Source of the DNA: Bugula neritina
Lineage: Eukaryota; Animalia; Bryozoa
DNA: 64,000 nt
Direction: 5' to 3'
NCBI GenBank assembly: GCA_964035545.1
Contig: OZ037773.1
Coordinates: 2,075,751-2,139,750 of the forward strand
Numbering within the stretch: position 1 is the first letter of the stretch; each line of letters opens with the position of its first letter. Below are positions 14,401 through 27,600 of this stretch, in pieces. Under the pieces are notes generated by a model. It did no database searches. It was given only the letters and a program-made list of their open reading frames with translations, and was not told where the DNA came from. A program made the translations under genes and the position numbers.

Positions 14401-14656
14401 GAGGATAGTGATGATACAGATACTCGCAGCTCCTCGACTGAAACGCCAGAAGTCCCTGAAGAAGGCGATTCAGCTCCTATAGCCAGTGAAGGGTGAGTCA
14501 AGACACAGTAACTGTGAAACTATTCGATCAATTTGTGTGAATAAGTGATTATTGCTGTCTAATTCTACCTGTAGATACGCCACCCTGCTGGATCTGAATG
14601 TAGATCAACAAGCCAACACCAAGTTGTCCAATACAGCAAACTTACTAGACCTTTGA
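1..14656 (+). CDS. stnB: Stonin / stoned-B-like endocytic adaptor (5'-partial, 26 exons in window, >1430 aa)
   Basis: Phase-consistent GT-AG exons: <1-51, 2524-2593, 2858-3027, 3543-3802, 4397-4481, 4651-5085, 5329-5849, 5991-6105, 6369-6467 (alt. acceptor 6360), 7347-7486, 8609-8729, 9498-9689, 10025-10210, 10398-10506, 10656-10780, 11065-11247, 11352-11578, 11661-11804, 12041-12174, 12263-12407, 12518-12700, 12883-12964, 13428-13620, 13816-13921, 14350-14492, 14575-14656 (TGA). The translation has an NPF motif, a stonin-homology domain (GWKMLIRKPPKKSLTKKRFWEEVYL; YDQYGKCHSIKI; KFGSLDY) and a mu-homology domain (KARVRLFMICFISGMPIIEVGIND; GKEVVRRHEIIP; IRFRPLDGNKFEFMRFR; AKYEHIFRSVVWRI; EKWV). 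The N-terminal exons are less certain than the conserved ones. Confidence 0.9.
138..213. repeat. Near-perfect inverted repeat (about 35-bp stem, 6-nt loop)
   Basis: ctactttttactgctctccctgctactgtcttacc-atagaa-ggtaagacagtagcagagagggcagtaaaaggtag; 3 mismatches; embedded in degenerate ctactgtc repeats. Confidence 0.85.
594..685 (+). mobile_element. tRNA-derived short element / tRNA pseudogene (family A, copy 1)
   Basis: A-box-like TGGTGTAATGG and B-box GGTTCGAGTCC; non-canonical 6-nt anticodon loop; similar to 41321-41408, including the tail GGGGCAATTATTT..CAAA. Confidence 0.75.
2211..2400. repeat. Two (AT)n microsatellites
   Basis: AT runs at about 2211-2268 and 2357-2400. Confidence 0.95.
3058..3262. 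repeat. Intronic minisatellite, about 39-nt unit
   Basis: Repeated atactctatactgtatgttggtgtatatgttat-type units; explains ORF 3057-3290. Confidence 0.85.
3821..4161. repeat. Intronic minisatellite, 20-nt unit, about 17 copies
   Basis: tctcacagtatatagcacac in register across lines 3841-4141. Confidence 0.97.
6480..7320. repeat. Intronic minisatellite, 28-nt core unit with degenerate flanks
   Basis: tatgtagatatgtatagtatatgtatag repeats; produce three spurious Y/T/I/H ORFs on the minus strand. Confidence 0.95.
7516..8340. repeat. Intronic minisatellite, 14/16-nt unit, interrupted by a SINE
   Basis: ttggtaatatatac units 7516-7882; the same unit resumes at 8098 and decays. Confidence 0.92.
7883..8098 (-). 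mobile_element. tRNA-derived SINE (family B, copy 1)
   Basis: Minus-strand head gggagcagccttggtctaggggttagagcg...gggttcgagccc (A/B boxes); body shared with 9751-9965 and 13963-14183. Confidence 0.88.
9751..9965 (-). mobile_element. tRNA-derived SINE (family B, copy 2)
   Basis: Colinear with 7883-8098 (aaactcac.caagtttatagtcac...cctaacatcaccaat...ctaacccctagac.aaggctgctccct). Confidence 0.88.
13673..13772. repeat. (GT)n/(GCGT)n microsatellite
   Basis: Direct observation. Confidence 0.9.
13963..14183 (+). mobile_element. tRNA-derived SINE (family B, copy 3, opposite orientation)
   Basis: gggggcagtcatggcccaagggttaga...gggttcgagccc...ggtgatgttaggaagag...ataaacttgcgtaagtgagtgagttt is the reverse complement of copies 1 and 2. 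Confidence 0.88.
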
Positions 14657-17272
14657 AGTAAGTTAAAGCAGTTCATGCTTGAATGTATAGTGTAGAGCAT
14701 ACGTATTATATTCACTGCAGTTTCATTGCTTCAAATAGGTTTTTACAGATGTTGGTATGGATGAGTTTGTGATTGTAAATAAATAAATATACATAAATAA
14801 TATTATGTATATACTATAAGATATAACATAATTGTAATATAAATAATCCAATATAAACATATTATAAATATTTTTCTTTACATCCAACTAAATGCCAGTT
14901 ATAAATCATAAGTCACAAATGATAGTTATAACTATGCTAGCCTTTTGTGATTATTAGCTGCCAACACTGCTGATCTATGTATACATTAGAAAAGAGTTTG
15001 TTTTTATAAAATGAACTTTGGAGACTTAGTGTATATTATATAACATACGATATTTTGTAACACATTGTGAGACAGTAAGGTATGATATGACGTGACGTGA
15101 TATAATACAGTAGACCAAGGTAGTTTGCTACAAGATGGGATACAATACAACATAACACAATTATGTATCACAAAATTTGTGAGAGTTGTAATATTTTGTA
15201 GGTAAAGCAGATGGGAAAGTACAAAGAAGGCAACAAAGTGGAGAACACGCCACCGCAATTTCGTCAGTTTATAGTTATGACATTATTATATAAATATATA
15301 TATATACTGCATTTAAAACGTTATGTTGTACTTTTACTTAGAGAACATTCAATTGTCCGTCAGCATAGTTGAAAGCTGAGCAGCTATACATTACAGACCC
15401 TAGACTACTTTTCAATCTATCAAAGCTTTATTTTATCTTCTACATATATAGGAAATAGTTCAATTGTGATATTCTCGTTATCTCTTATCATAGTAAATAC
15501 AGTGAGATTCTAAGGCTAGCCAGTGCTTGTTACATGGCAGTTCTGGTTAATAATATTGTTTATACATTTCACATATAATATCAATTCACTACATAATTAT
15601 TATATATAGAGTGGCGAGTATCAATTTTTATCAAAGTCTGCCCTGTGTAGATTAGTAGAAAACGCCAACACGGTAAATAATAGTTTGGTAAAAGACCTCT
15701 TATACGAACATAATCTATGTTTAAAAGGTACTGTAACAATCATTTCTCACACTATTGAAAAAATCTATTCTCCAAGCTGTTTAGCAGCAACTCATACATC
15801 AAGCAAGCAGTAAAGCAGCGCTGTCGCCAGCAGATGTTAAGAGTTTTGTTAGGAGTTGGAGTTGTGACACCCGATGTGATTCAAACTGAAGTCATCTTAC
15901 TATCTCATGCTGCTAATACACGCACACACACACACGCACGCGCGCGCACATACATGCACATAACTTTTTAAGGTGATTCGAATTGCCTGTGTTTTTTTTA
16001 AATTTTAGCTTTACATATAATATATGTTCATCCATGCCAATTAATTTGTTAAGAAAAGGCTATGAACTTTCAAGTCATCCTGACATAATGTATTGATTGC
16101 TGCTCACACAGAGGGCAGTACAACAATTAATTTAGTAAATGTCTCTAAGAATTAAATTTTATTGCAAAAGAAAGGTTGAAATTTTATAAACTATAATTAT
16201 GCAAATTGTAATCAGCAAATGAAAACCTAGTACATAATATTCCATTTAGTTTTGTTAGTAAATTGTAAATAATGTTACAGAGCTTGCTCACTTTAACTGA
16301 ATTAAGTAATTTAGCTTGTATGGTATATCGGTGTATCTGATTTTCAACTTGGTTAGTTATCTTCTCTTGCTAGTATATACATAGAGAGAGCACAACTCCA
16401 TTTAGGTGAATCTAGCTGCATTATAAAACAAGTAGAGTGTAGGTGTGGTTTGCACGAATGCAACAAGTATAAAAGAAAGTGTGTATGAGAGAGAAAGGAA
16501 GACAATACAATATATAGTGTGAGATAGAGTGAGAACTGTAAATACAGAGTTGTATATACACTTATGTAAAAGGGAACATGATAAGAATGTGCTAGTGCGT
16601 GCTAGCCTAGGGTCCTAGACACCATCAGACAGATACCCTAACCCAGAGCCCTAACTCTTGCTACAGATTGACAGGAGCTGGATGATTGTGATTGTTGCAA
16701 TAAAACAAAAGATAAGGTTTCTTAAACTACATTTTTTTATTTTTACCGCTTACATATTATAAATAGATATTACAGTTGCAAAAAAGATATCACTAAATAA
16801 GCTGAATTAGGCTAGCCAATCAAATGTCTGTTTACAATTTGTAAATTATTTCGAATACTAAAACAGTTATTGAAAACTTTGCACAGCGTGCATCAGGATT
16901 TCGAATCAATAATAGCTACACAAAACAAGTACAGAAATTACATACAAAATACTGTGATTGAGTTAGACATACAGATTCATGCATCTTCTATTATCATTGT
17001 GAATATACCTTGATACATAGCTATAAAATGTTAGATAGGTTGCTAAAATAAATACTATAAATGCATGTGTTTTAGTTTAAATAATGACAGCTAGTTTGGT
17101 GAGAAAAAAGTGGTATGTTATTAAATAACAATATTTGGATATCAAAATACTAGCCTGAATCCTAAGGGGCCTGCAATGCATATTCCGTTAAAATACCGAG
17201 TAGAGTGAGGGTAAGAGTTCCATATACTGAAGTAGACTCATTTTAGTAAAGTAGTTACTGGATACAATACAA

Positions 17273-17510
17273 ATTACATAATATATATTACCAAATGTAT
17301 TATATATTACACAGCATATTACATAATATATATTACACAATGTATTATCTATTACATAGCATAGTACATAATATATATTACCAAATGTATTATATATTAC
17401 ACAGCATATTACATAATATATATTACACAATGTATTATCTATTTCATAGCATATTACATAATATATATTACCAAATGTATTATCTATTACATAGCATAGT
17501 ACATATTCAC
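17273..17510. repeat. AT-rich tandem repeat, about 44/45-nt unit
   Basis: attacataatatatattaccaaatgtatta...cagcat units repeated about 5 times between the stonin and SCYL1 3' ends. Confidence 0.85.
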
Positions 17511-17635
17511 ACAGAATAATAAAATTACATGTCTTTGATTGTTTAGGAAAGAACTGAGACAATTTTGCAGTAGCATTTTATTGCAAGCCGCAGCTAAACT
17601 TTAAACCCCTTTAGACACAATCATAGCTCTTAGCT

Positions 17636-20600
17636 TCAGTCCTTAGCTAACTTCTTAGCTCCAAGTTTCATTGCTCTGCCACCCGCCTTGTTGCCTGTGG
17701 AGGCAGTGGCTTTCTTTTGAGCCAAAGCCTGCTGCCTTTCCAACCTCTTCTCTTCTCGTTCTTTCTTCCGTCTTTCTAAATCAGTGGTTTTCGAGCTCCA
17801 ACTATCCGTAGCACCCCACCCCGTATTGTCCGTAGCACCCCACCCCGCATCCTCTGTAGTACCCCACCCTGCATCCTCTGTGACTCCCCAATCATCACCA
17901 TCATTCCAACTGTCATTTTGTTCAGCTTCGACCTTTTTATGTGGTGCATTTTTCTTAGTCTGTGCCTTGAAAACATAATGAAAAGTTTAGGGAAATTTCA
18001 AATTAGTACGACATGATTCTAGTTCCAGACACCATTTGTCACTCTACAATTTATGAGCTGAGCTATATGTCTTTAAAACTCTTGGCAAAGGACAACTCAG
18101 TGTCAACAGTATAACATTTCAAATCATTTATACGATTTGACAAAATAAATTACTAGCTAATAAAGACAGCATTAGTAAAATAGTTTACCAATTAGATATT
18201 AAATAATACACACATGCAAGTAACAGAGTAACAAGTAACAACGAGCAACGGAATCTACTGCAGAAAGTTTGTTGAATGTGCCAGTTCCTATGGACACATG
18301 GAATTTATAGAGCACAGCAACACAATAAAATAACAAATAAATTGGCCAATAAATGTGAGAAACTCAACATAGGGTGAAGAAATATCTAAAGTAAGTTTAA
18401 AACTCTCCTTTTCATCAAAATTAGATATTGGTTACCATGGTTACCATGTAGAGTACACATATTGCGGAGATAAGTAGATAAACAGTGTTTTTCGAATCCG
18501 TTGTAGAGATCCCAACAGTAATCAGTAATACAACATACAACACTCTTACCTTAGTAGAACCGGCAAGAGAACCGAAGAAGTCATCTCCCCCATTATCTGC
18601 TGTCTTGTTGTAGCTGTCCCAATTGTATGAACTAGCAGAGCTGATATTAGATGAAGGCTCAATCGGCTCAAACTCATCTTCCTTCTCGTCATTCCAGCCG
18701 GCATCGGCATCGTTCCAGCCGCTTCCCCATTGGTCAGCATCACTCTCCTTTGCTTCCCACGCTGACTTTGAGGGCGCAGGGTCGGCAGCCTGTTGAATAT
18801 TTTATTACTACATCAGCCCCAACACACGGGAGAATGCTTATGACGAAATAGCAGCAAATCTTAGGAGTTGCTTTACCAAAGACTTGGTGCTGGCGAACAG
18901 TCATCAGACACTTATTCTCGGCTACCAAATGACTCATGCTGAAACCACTCTTGTAAAAAGCACTCAGGTGTTAATAAATGACAAATCAGAGTCAACAGCC
19001 AACCAATCATGGCCGGCTTTTTGATGTGCAGTGAGTAATTTGGTCCATCAAAATAGTTTAAACTTTTAGTATCCCAAGAGTTTCACTATATCAAACAGCT
19101 CATGCCAAAGTTTAGTTACTATATTACTTGATAATCTGTACCTGGAACTGAATCATAAAGAACTGGCAAGGATTTCCAAGACAAACTGTTAAGAGAAAGG
19201 ACTGCTCATGTAAACTAAATACTTCATAGCCACCATTTAAACTGAGCAGCTAAAGCAGTCGCGGAGAAAAACTAGCTGATAGCAGCACCCCCCTCCCACA
19301 CACTACCCTCCCCCACACTACCCTCCACTATACCCCCCCACACTACCCTCCCCCACACTACCCTCCACTATACCCCCCCACACTACCCTCCGCTATACTC
19401 TCCCACACACCACCGCCTCTCTCCGCTACACCCTCCCACACACTACCCTCTCCTCTCTGCTATACCCTTCCACACACTACCCCTCTCCGCTACACCCACC
19501 CACACATCCAACCTACTGTTAATTATTTCCTGTAGAATACTTATTTGGTTGTGTATTCAGTCTGAAGCAGAGGCGACGCCTGTAGTTCAAATTACTGAGC
19601 CATGAATTGTTGACAGTCAGTGAATTTAATGTTTGTAAACTGATATATGTTGTGTTGCAAAGTGTGAGGGTCTTATTGTGGTGTTCTACGGTAAATACTT
19701 GATTGAAGAGTTGCTACGGGTACAACTGAAAATATCCCCTTTCTACCAACTCAGTACAAAGATGTAAATTTAGATATATAGCGATGTGATTCCTTTCCTT
19801 GTGTTTTAGTAGTTTAGCGTCTTATTTTTGATTAGCCAATGAAAATTACTTATCCACAAGAAGAAATTAACTAGGCAGTCATTCTATATGTAAGAATAAA
19901 TCAACAATTAACAAACCTGATTCGTTGAACTTTCTAATGGCGCCCAATCATCTGTATCATCATTCCAGCCACTGCTTGCATCTTCCCAGTTGCTATCTGA
20001 TGAGCTGGCTTTCACTGGAGTTGTCTCACACTGAGTGGCTGAATATAACATAATCATTGAATAGAAATGCTATTAGCCAGCTAAAGAATGCGTTTAACAA
20101 ATGGAAAACTCCAATCCACAGAGCACACCTTTACACAGATTACACTTGGTAACTTGTAGTTATAAAAACTCATGGTATGACATTGTTGTAAAGTAGTCAA
20201 TATCTAATCAATCGATAACCCTAATAAGCAATGGGGTTCAGGAACAGTGAAACCAAGAGGATTAGGCGCAGTTTTATAGCGAAATAAAGGAGGGCACGCA
20301 GCAGACCTTTTACAATAGAAACTGTTCACACCATAACATCAGCATACCTGGTTACATAACGTCAGCATACCTGGTTACATAACATCAGCATACCTGGTTA
20401 CATAACCTCAGCATACCTGGTTACATGACAGCGTACCTGGTTACATAACGTCAGCACACTTGGTTACATAACGTCAGCATGTCAGCATACCTGGTTACAT
20501 AACATCAGCATACCTGATTACATAACGTCAGCATGTCAGCGTACCTGGTTACATAACGTCAGCACACTTGGTTACATAACATCAGCACACCTGGTTACAT

Positions 20601-21537
20601 AACGTCAGCATACCTGGTTTACTATTGGAGGGATCATCAGCTGAAGACTCTGTATTTTTAGCACCATCTGCCTGGGCCTGACGACCTTTGAACTTAGAGG
20701 TCAATGAGCTGAGAGAACTGAGGGAGGTAACTCCGGCTGTCATGGCCCAGCCGGCCCACGTCTTAGCCTCAGATACTGTCGAGGTGGAGCTGGTTAACTC
20801 CTTCTCTGTAAACACAGTCCAAGTTCTGCCCGTCACAAATATTAGTTATCAGTATCAGTTTGATGAGGAAAAATTATTCGGCGTTTAAACAGGGCAAAAA
20901 GAGTAGACTAAAAGTTGGCACAGACTTTGCGGCTGAAATGACACTGTAGAAGGTCAAGGTGAACTTTACCGAGCTATTTGACATTATTTAGAAATAACTA
21001 TTTAGCAAATAAAACGGTGAACAAATTTAAGGTCAACAAGACAGCATAAAGTTAGATGCTCTGAGTGAATTTGGCTAAAAATTTGCAGTTTGACTCAAAT
21101 TTTCACTGAATATTCTAATCGAATGTTGATTACAAATAGAATTTTCTCAATTTTTAAAATCATTCTGAAACAGTCTTATTCCAAGTCAAATTAGGTCCTG
21201 CCGTTCACTAAATGACTATTTGCTATTATCTTGTGTGGTGCAACTCACCCATCTCCACGAGAGCCTCGGGATCCTCAGACACTGTCTTGAGTCTCTGTAG
21301 AAAGCAGTCTATCACCGCAAACGTCTGATCCCGGACACTTTTCTCAGGATCTCTGGTTAGAAGACAGATGGATGGAAGCAGCTTACTCGCCACGTCCTGT
21401 AGTAGAACAACCTGATTATAAATACTACTACCAGTACTATCACTACTACTAGTGACTATTACTACTACGAGTACTATTACTACTACTAGTGGTTATTAGC
21501 ACCACTACTACCGCCACTACTACCGCCACTACAACTG

Positions 21538-21571
<34 letters not shown>

Positions 21572-21591
21572 CACTACTAGTACTACTACCA

Positions 21592-21665
<74 letters not shown>

Positions 21666-24600
21666 GCCACTACTACTACTACTACTAGTACCACCACTAC
21701 TACTATCACTACTATCAGCACTACTAGCAGTCAACAGCTATCAGATATATCATGTAGAGTTATTAATAACCTGTATAGGGAAATACTTGACTGATGCTTG
21801 CATAGCGAGTAAAGACGCCTGCCTGGCGGGAGGAAACGGGTCTCTCAGAGCTCTTGTGTATGCGGAGGGAAGAACCTTTTGACGAACCTGTCAACAAAAG
21901 CATACAAACATAAAAAGTGGAACAGTGATATCACCATCTTGAATAATATAGTTTCACAGGAAAATGTTGGGTTTGAGATATTAGAAGGCAAAGCTTTACT
22001 AAAATATTTTGGACTTTAACTCTTAGAGTTACGTTTAGCTATGCCATGCTCTAGTATTAAGAAAGATTGCATGCAGTCAGGCAAATGAAAGTCCATATCA
22101 ATTGCCTACTAGACACCAGATAGCTTTAACCTGTATGTAAATAAATATTACAGTATAGTTGTGTTTACTTATTATAAACAAACAAAATATGTTCTCATAT
22201 TTTACAGAAAACTTCTCTGTGATTGAAACATTGAAAATGTTTATTACATCATATACCTGTGTATTACATCATATACTTGTGTATAATATAACCTACCTGT
22301 GGGTTCAGGTAGCAAGCTATCTTCCCCAAGCACACGGTAGTATTGGTACGGATCCCACCCTGATCATCCTTGGCTTGCAGACGCGCAAAATGCTTCATTA
22401 ATTCTTCATTTAAATTTTTGTAGTTCAGCTTAGCAGCCATGTTTAACATTGCCTGTTAGAAAATACATAAAATATACACTTAGTTCCTTCAGCTGAAAAG
22501 CATATCTTATAGTAGAAAGTAGAGAGATTTTATTGAATAGACTGAGTACCTTGATAGTGGTTTCTCTGACTAGGGGGTTGGTATCATTGAAGCCCATAGA
22601 CACACTAGGGTAGAGCTGTTCATTGACTATATTCACAGGTATATGCTCAATGTACAAACTCATCTGCTGCAAGAGCTTTACTCTAGTCTGTCTGTCTGTT
22701 ATATTGAACATCTTCACCACACAAGGTACAACCTGCTTCTGGTAGGAGTCAGGGTCTAGCATCTTACCAACCTGAAACAACAGTCACTCTGTGTTTACTC
22801 TTCTATGACAGCAAAATAGTGATATTCTTGTATAGTGATAAGCATTTTATCTAGATGTGGAGTAATATAGTACTATAACTGCATAGTAATATAGCTAGAT
22901 TTATAATACTTTACAGTTGTATACAGTTGTATACAGTTGTATAGTAATATGATATATGTATATACTAACTAACATAGCTAATACTGTAGTAAAACAGTTG
23001 AATAGTAGTTAAGAGAAGAATCACCAGCCCAAGGTCTACAAGTGTTCATGTTATGTTAAAATAAATATTTCAATTAAAATACTTGTTTAAGGAGTTACTT
23101 TCTCAACCAAATATCGCACATGGTAAGAAGCCCATAGACTGAGATTACGGCAACTCGGCTATACTATACGGAGTTAGACTCACCTTTAACAGCGGCATGA
23201 GAATATTAGCTCCGGCGTCACCAAACTCAAACGCTTTGATAAGTTGAGGTAGGATCTTGTGACGGCAGAAGGATGACGGGAAATTGTCGATCTCGGAATT
23301 TAAACTCTCAAGAAACTCTGTCTTCTGTGCCTGATCTTTGATCTGAATGTAAAAACTCATTTTCAATAAAATACAATAAATAAACTTCTAAAAGTCAGCA
23401 GCAATGTGATAAGCTGAGACTCACTGACTAACCACTGCTCTGTACACTGGAAGCACATTTTCTATAATATAAGAAGTAAAAAGTTAAACAGTGATGGTAT
23501 TTGCCCTGACAGAATATATTCACTAGACAATTTTACCCTCCTGTATTACAGAAATTATTTCTCTGAGACAGAGGTCTTTATGATGGATGACAGAAAACAT
23601 TTTATAAAAAAATAACATGTATTAAAAGAAACAATAAAGAAAAACTGATGACTTTGACTTCCTCAACATTGATTATATATGCTGTGTAAATAGATTCATC
23701 TGGTAGAACATAGTATATATGCTCAGCCACATTGAATAAAATATAATTTTACAATTTTTAACATTTTCATTTTAAAAGAGAAATTAATACTTTTGTAAAC
23801 TGCATATGCACAAATTTCTAAAACAGAAACAAATAAAAAAAACCCGTAAAACTAAAACAGAAGCCAACATTAAAATTTTCTATAACTTTTCCAAACCGTT
23901 CAAAACAAATACTGACAGAGATAGTCTTTCGCTTGAATGCTTTAGAAGTTCTTATCTAGTTGAAATCACCAAGAAGAAGCTGCAACTGCATACTTGTTAG
24001 CTTGTGCTCTATCAATGCAGATATTATGCTTTGTGTTGAAATCGTAATAAAGTACACAGCAGCTAAGAGGCATTCATCTACCTGGATCTCCTCTATGAAT
24101 ATCATGGCATCCACAAACTTGTTGGCCAGAAAGCCACCTTTACGCCGACAATCGGCTATGAAGGTCATGGGGTTGGGGCGGGACTTGGGATTAGCACTGA
24201 CCAGAGTGGCGTAGCCCCCTGTGAGGTTTTTCGGTATCTGTTGAATGAAATAACAAAAGACGTAAGGATATTCACCCTGACTCAAGTCATATTGACAGGA
24301 AACTCAACCGTGACAATAAAATGTTAATAATTATACTAATATAATATTAGTTTGTTACTTAGAATCATATTCCAAAAATGGAGAGATTGAAATACAACAT
24401 GGACGTTTTAAAATGGTATAAATATTGTAATTAGGAATACGCAAGTACATACTTTGCCCAAAGATTTCAAGTCAGACGCTGCAGAAAGGTGCTTATTGAA
24501 GACCTCCCACACCAAACAGCCGAGGCCCCACATATCTGTTGACCTACAGAATGGAGACTTTATAGTAACAGTGATACACTTAGATGTGTAGCTATGAGTT

Positions 24601-27600
24601 AAAACAATATAGTTGAAAGTCTTCTAGCGCATTCTGTAGCCTTAGAGAACTTGAAGTACGCTCAGCCTACACAATGGATGCTTTATGGGAGGTCCAAAAA
24701 GTTCAACAGACATTATTTACCTTAACTGTACAAAATACAGTTTTTAAACTGTTTGCCATTATATATTATAATGAAAACTCTTTGTAATGCATACAGTTGC
24801 AGGTATTTTGCCATCTACCACTTCTTATATTACTAGAAAACTTGAGCTTTACTGGTTTTACTTCACATAAAATGTTCACCAACAAGTCAACTATGCATTG
24901 AGACAGACAATAGTTTTAGGAGGCCATTATGATAGGTTAAGTGATACACTTCTGTCTCCTTGCATAATAGAATAAAGTATAACAAAGTATAACACATGTT
25001 GATTAGATTCATTAAACCTCAGAACTTCTAGTGATATGAACAGGTGGAGAAAACTCAAAAACACCCCAACAAGTGTTAATGGTGTCTCAATGCAAGTGCT
25101 AAATGTGAAATGAATCTGTAGAGTAATTATTACTCTTTTACCCCTGTGAGTCACGTATAAATGATAAATATATCCATAGCCAGTACTACCCATAAATAAA
25201 AACATTAAACATGCACCAGTGCATATCTAGTATACTACAGCTTTTCTTTTATTTCTCAAGTTAAGAGTATCCTAGAGCTAAGGCTAACTGCAGATGTATA
25301 TTCACCATTCAGTTTTCATAGAGAGACGCTGAGTGGCTTTCTCTGGGGGAGTGTACACTTCTAGAGAAGGCATTATTTTGATAGGAGCAACACTTTGCTC
25401 TCCCTGAGATGGGTAGATATATTCCAGACCTCCTAGCAGCCACTCTCCAGCTTTGTTCACAAATACCGAGGACAAACATACGTTGTTGTGAATTAAATGA
25501 CAGTCTTTAATAATGAAAGTCAGCCCTTTCTACAAACAGAACACTTCCCTGCTACAGTCAACATATATGAAGGTAAGATTGTCTGCGTTGGCTACCATTA
25601 GATATAGTAGAAAGTGAACTGACATTGTATGAAAGGTTGAACTTGGACAGGTGGATAGCCAAAGGTGTGAACCAGGATAGGTCATTACACTGGATATTGC
25701 ATGAAAAAGGCCAGTATTCAAAGTGACACTACGGCAAAGATATGGATCTTGGTGGCATAACCATTTGGAAATCAAATGCCCCGATTAAAAACATGTCAAT
25801 TTTATCTCAACTACTTTAAATGTAACTCACATCCAATTGGTATTAGCAGAGACGATACGCACCACTATTTGATGTAATCCCCATGAAATAGCAAAGGTAT
25901 TCCTGCTTCCTTCAGTCTCATAGTCATTTAGATATACTGCTAGCGGCAATACTGGTTCTGTTACAACATATAGCACCTTTTCTGACTGCAAGTACAGTAA
26001 AACTTGTGAACAACCATAATAAATACCACACATTACTGTAGAGTTTAGATAACACTAATATAGGTGTTATTGCATTTAGAAAAACATATAATATTAAATA
26101 CGATTACTATTTTGATAAAAACAAGAGTTCCATCATTTTGCTGTATATATACAAATTATGCACGCCTAATGAGCTAAGCCTGTTTAACATAATATCAGAA
26201 AGTGTTGAACACAATAACAGAAGGTGCTACAGTTTAACTATTCAATAAATTAAGCAACTGAATAAAAAGCAGACACAGCCTACTGTGATCTCAAACAGAA
26301 TCTTTCTCGACATAAAACTACATATGCAATGATTCTTATTGAAAGTACACAAGATAGAGTGCTACTATTAATTAAAATAGATTTCATATACGTGGCTGGA
26401 ACAGACCTCTAACCCATCAATATAGGTGACGAGGTTTGGATGTCGAAGAGTTTTCATCCTCTTGAATGATGACTTGGCAACTTGAGCTTCGCCATCCGAT
26501 GCCGCTTTCAAATCAAACGTAAATATTGAACACTCTTCTCCAGTTGTCTACAGCACATGAAACAAATGACCTTCACCCACGTAAAAACTTGCAGAATATC
26601 ATAGCCACTTTTTAAACAGGAAAGAGCGTAGATAGGTGAGGAATATCATAGTTCATATTTCAAATGAAGATATTTGTTTTATTTAGTATCATGATAATTT
26701 AAATCTAATCAGCGTCTGAACTTTTTTTTATACATTTAACTTTAAACTGACAGTATGATGATTATCATTTGAGCTTCTATTAACATAGATAACTAAGTAA
26801 GTACCAGCAATAAATCAATACTTATCATTGAAAATTCTTATTATTACTCAAGATTATGAGTAATCTATTTCAAATTTTAGTAGCTATTATATAAGCAGTT
26901 TTGAAAAATATAACATGATCTACACTGGCACAATTACAAAAATACAAAATATCCATCACATTGAAATTTAGGTTTAATTTTTTGAATAATCTTAAACCAA
27001 AGATTTGATAACTATATAATTAGTCAATAAACACCAAATTCAGTGTAAATATGAAATATCATCATAAATATAATGACAAACTTATATATTATTAAATACA
27101 TGGTGATACTCATACTGATACTATCACTGATGGTGCATTGGATCATAATGATAATTCTAATGTTGATGAATACAGTTTACACAATATGAATAATATTATA
27201 ACTAAACTGTAGACTACGATTAGTTTAAAAATTACACTTAAAGTTACCGTAAGTGCAACAACTATTTAAGTTATTTAAAATAATAACTATTAAATATTCA
27301 TAATCATAATGATCATCCAATTTAATCAAGTCTAACTTAAAGTTAAATTAAAACAAATTAAAAAATATTACAATTACTATTAGTATTACTATTAGTATTA
27401 GCTTATGACTTACGCTTAGTCTTACAATAACAGTAATACTAATAGTAACATTAACTCTAAGTATAGTAGTAAGTCTAACAGTAACAGTAACTGCAAGTGT
27501 AACTAACAGTGAAACACTAACAGTAACTCTAACAGTAACAGCATGAGTAACACTAAGTCTAACAGTAAAACGGCGGAGATGTTTTTTTGCCTGATTTTTC

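Noticed and set aside
14656-17636. Functional clustering of two vesicle-coat genes (stonin and SCYL1)
   Set aside because: Adjacency of two genes is not evidence of co-function without synteny data
18869-18950. Possible extra SCYL1 exon (ORF 18740-18937)
   Set aside because: Its ends are phase 0 and phase 1, which would break the frame; the neighbouring exons join directly
21449-21794. Poly-Thr mucin-like, poly-Val and poly-Ser ORFs
   Set aside because: (ACT)n microsatellite within a SCYL1 intron; the flanking exons join in frame without it
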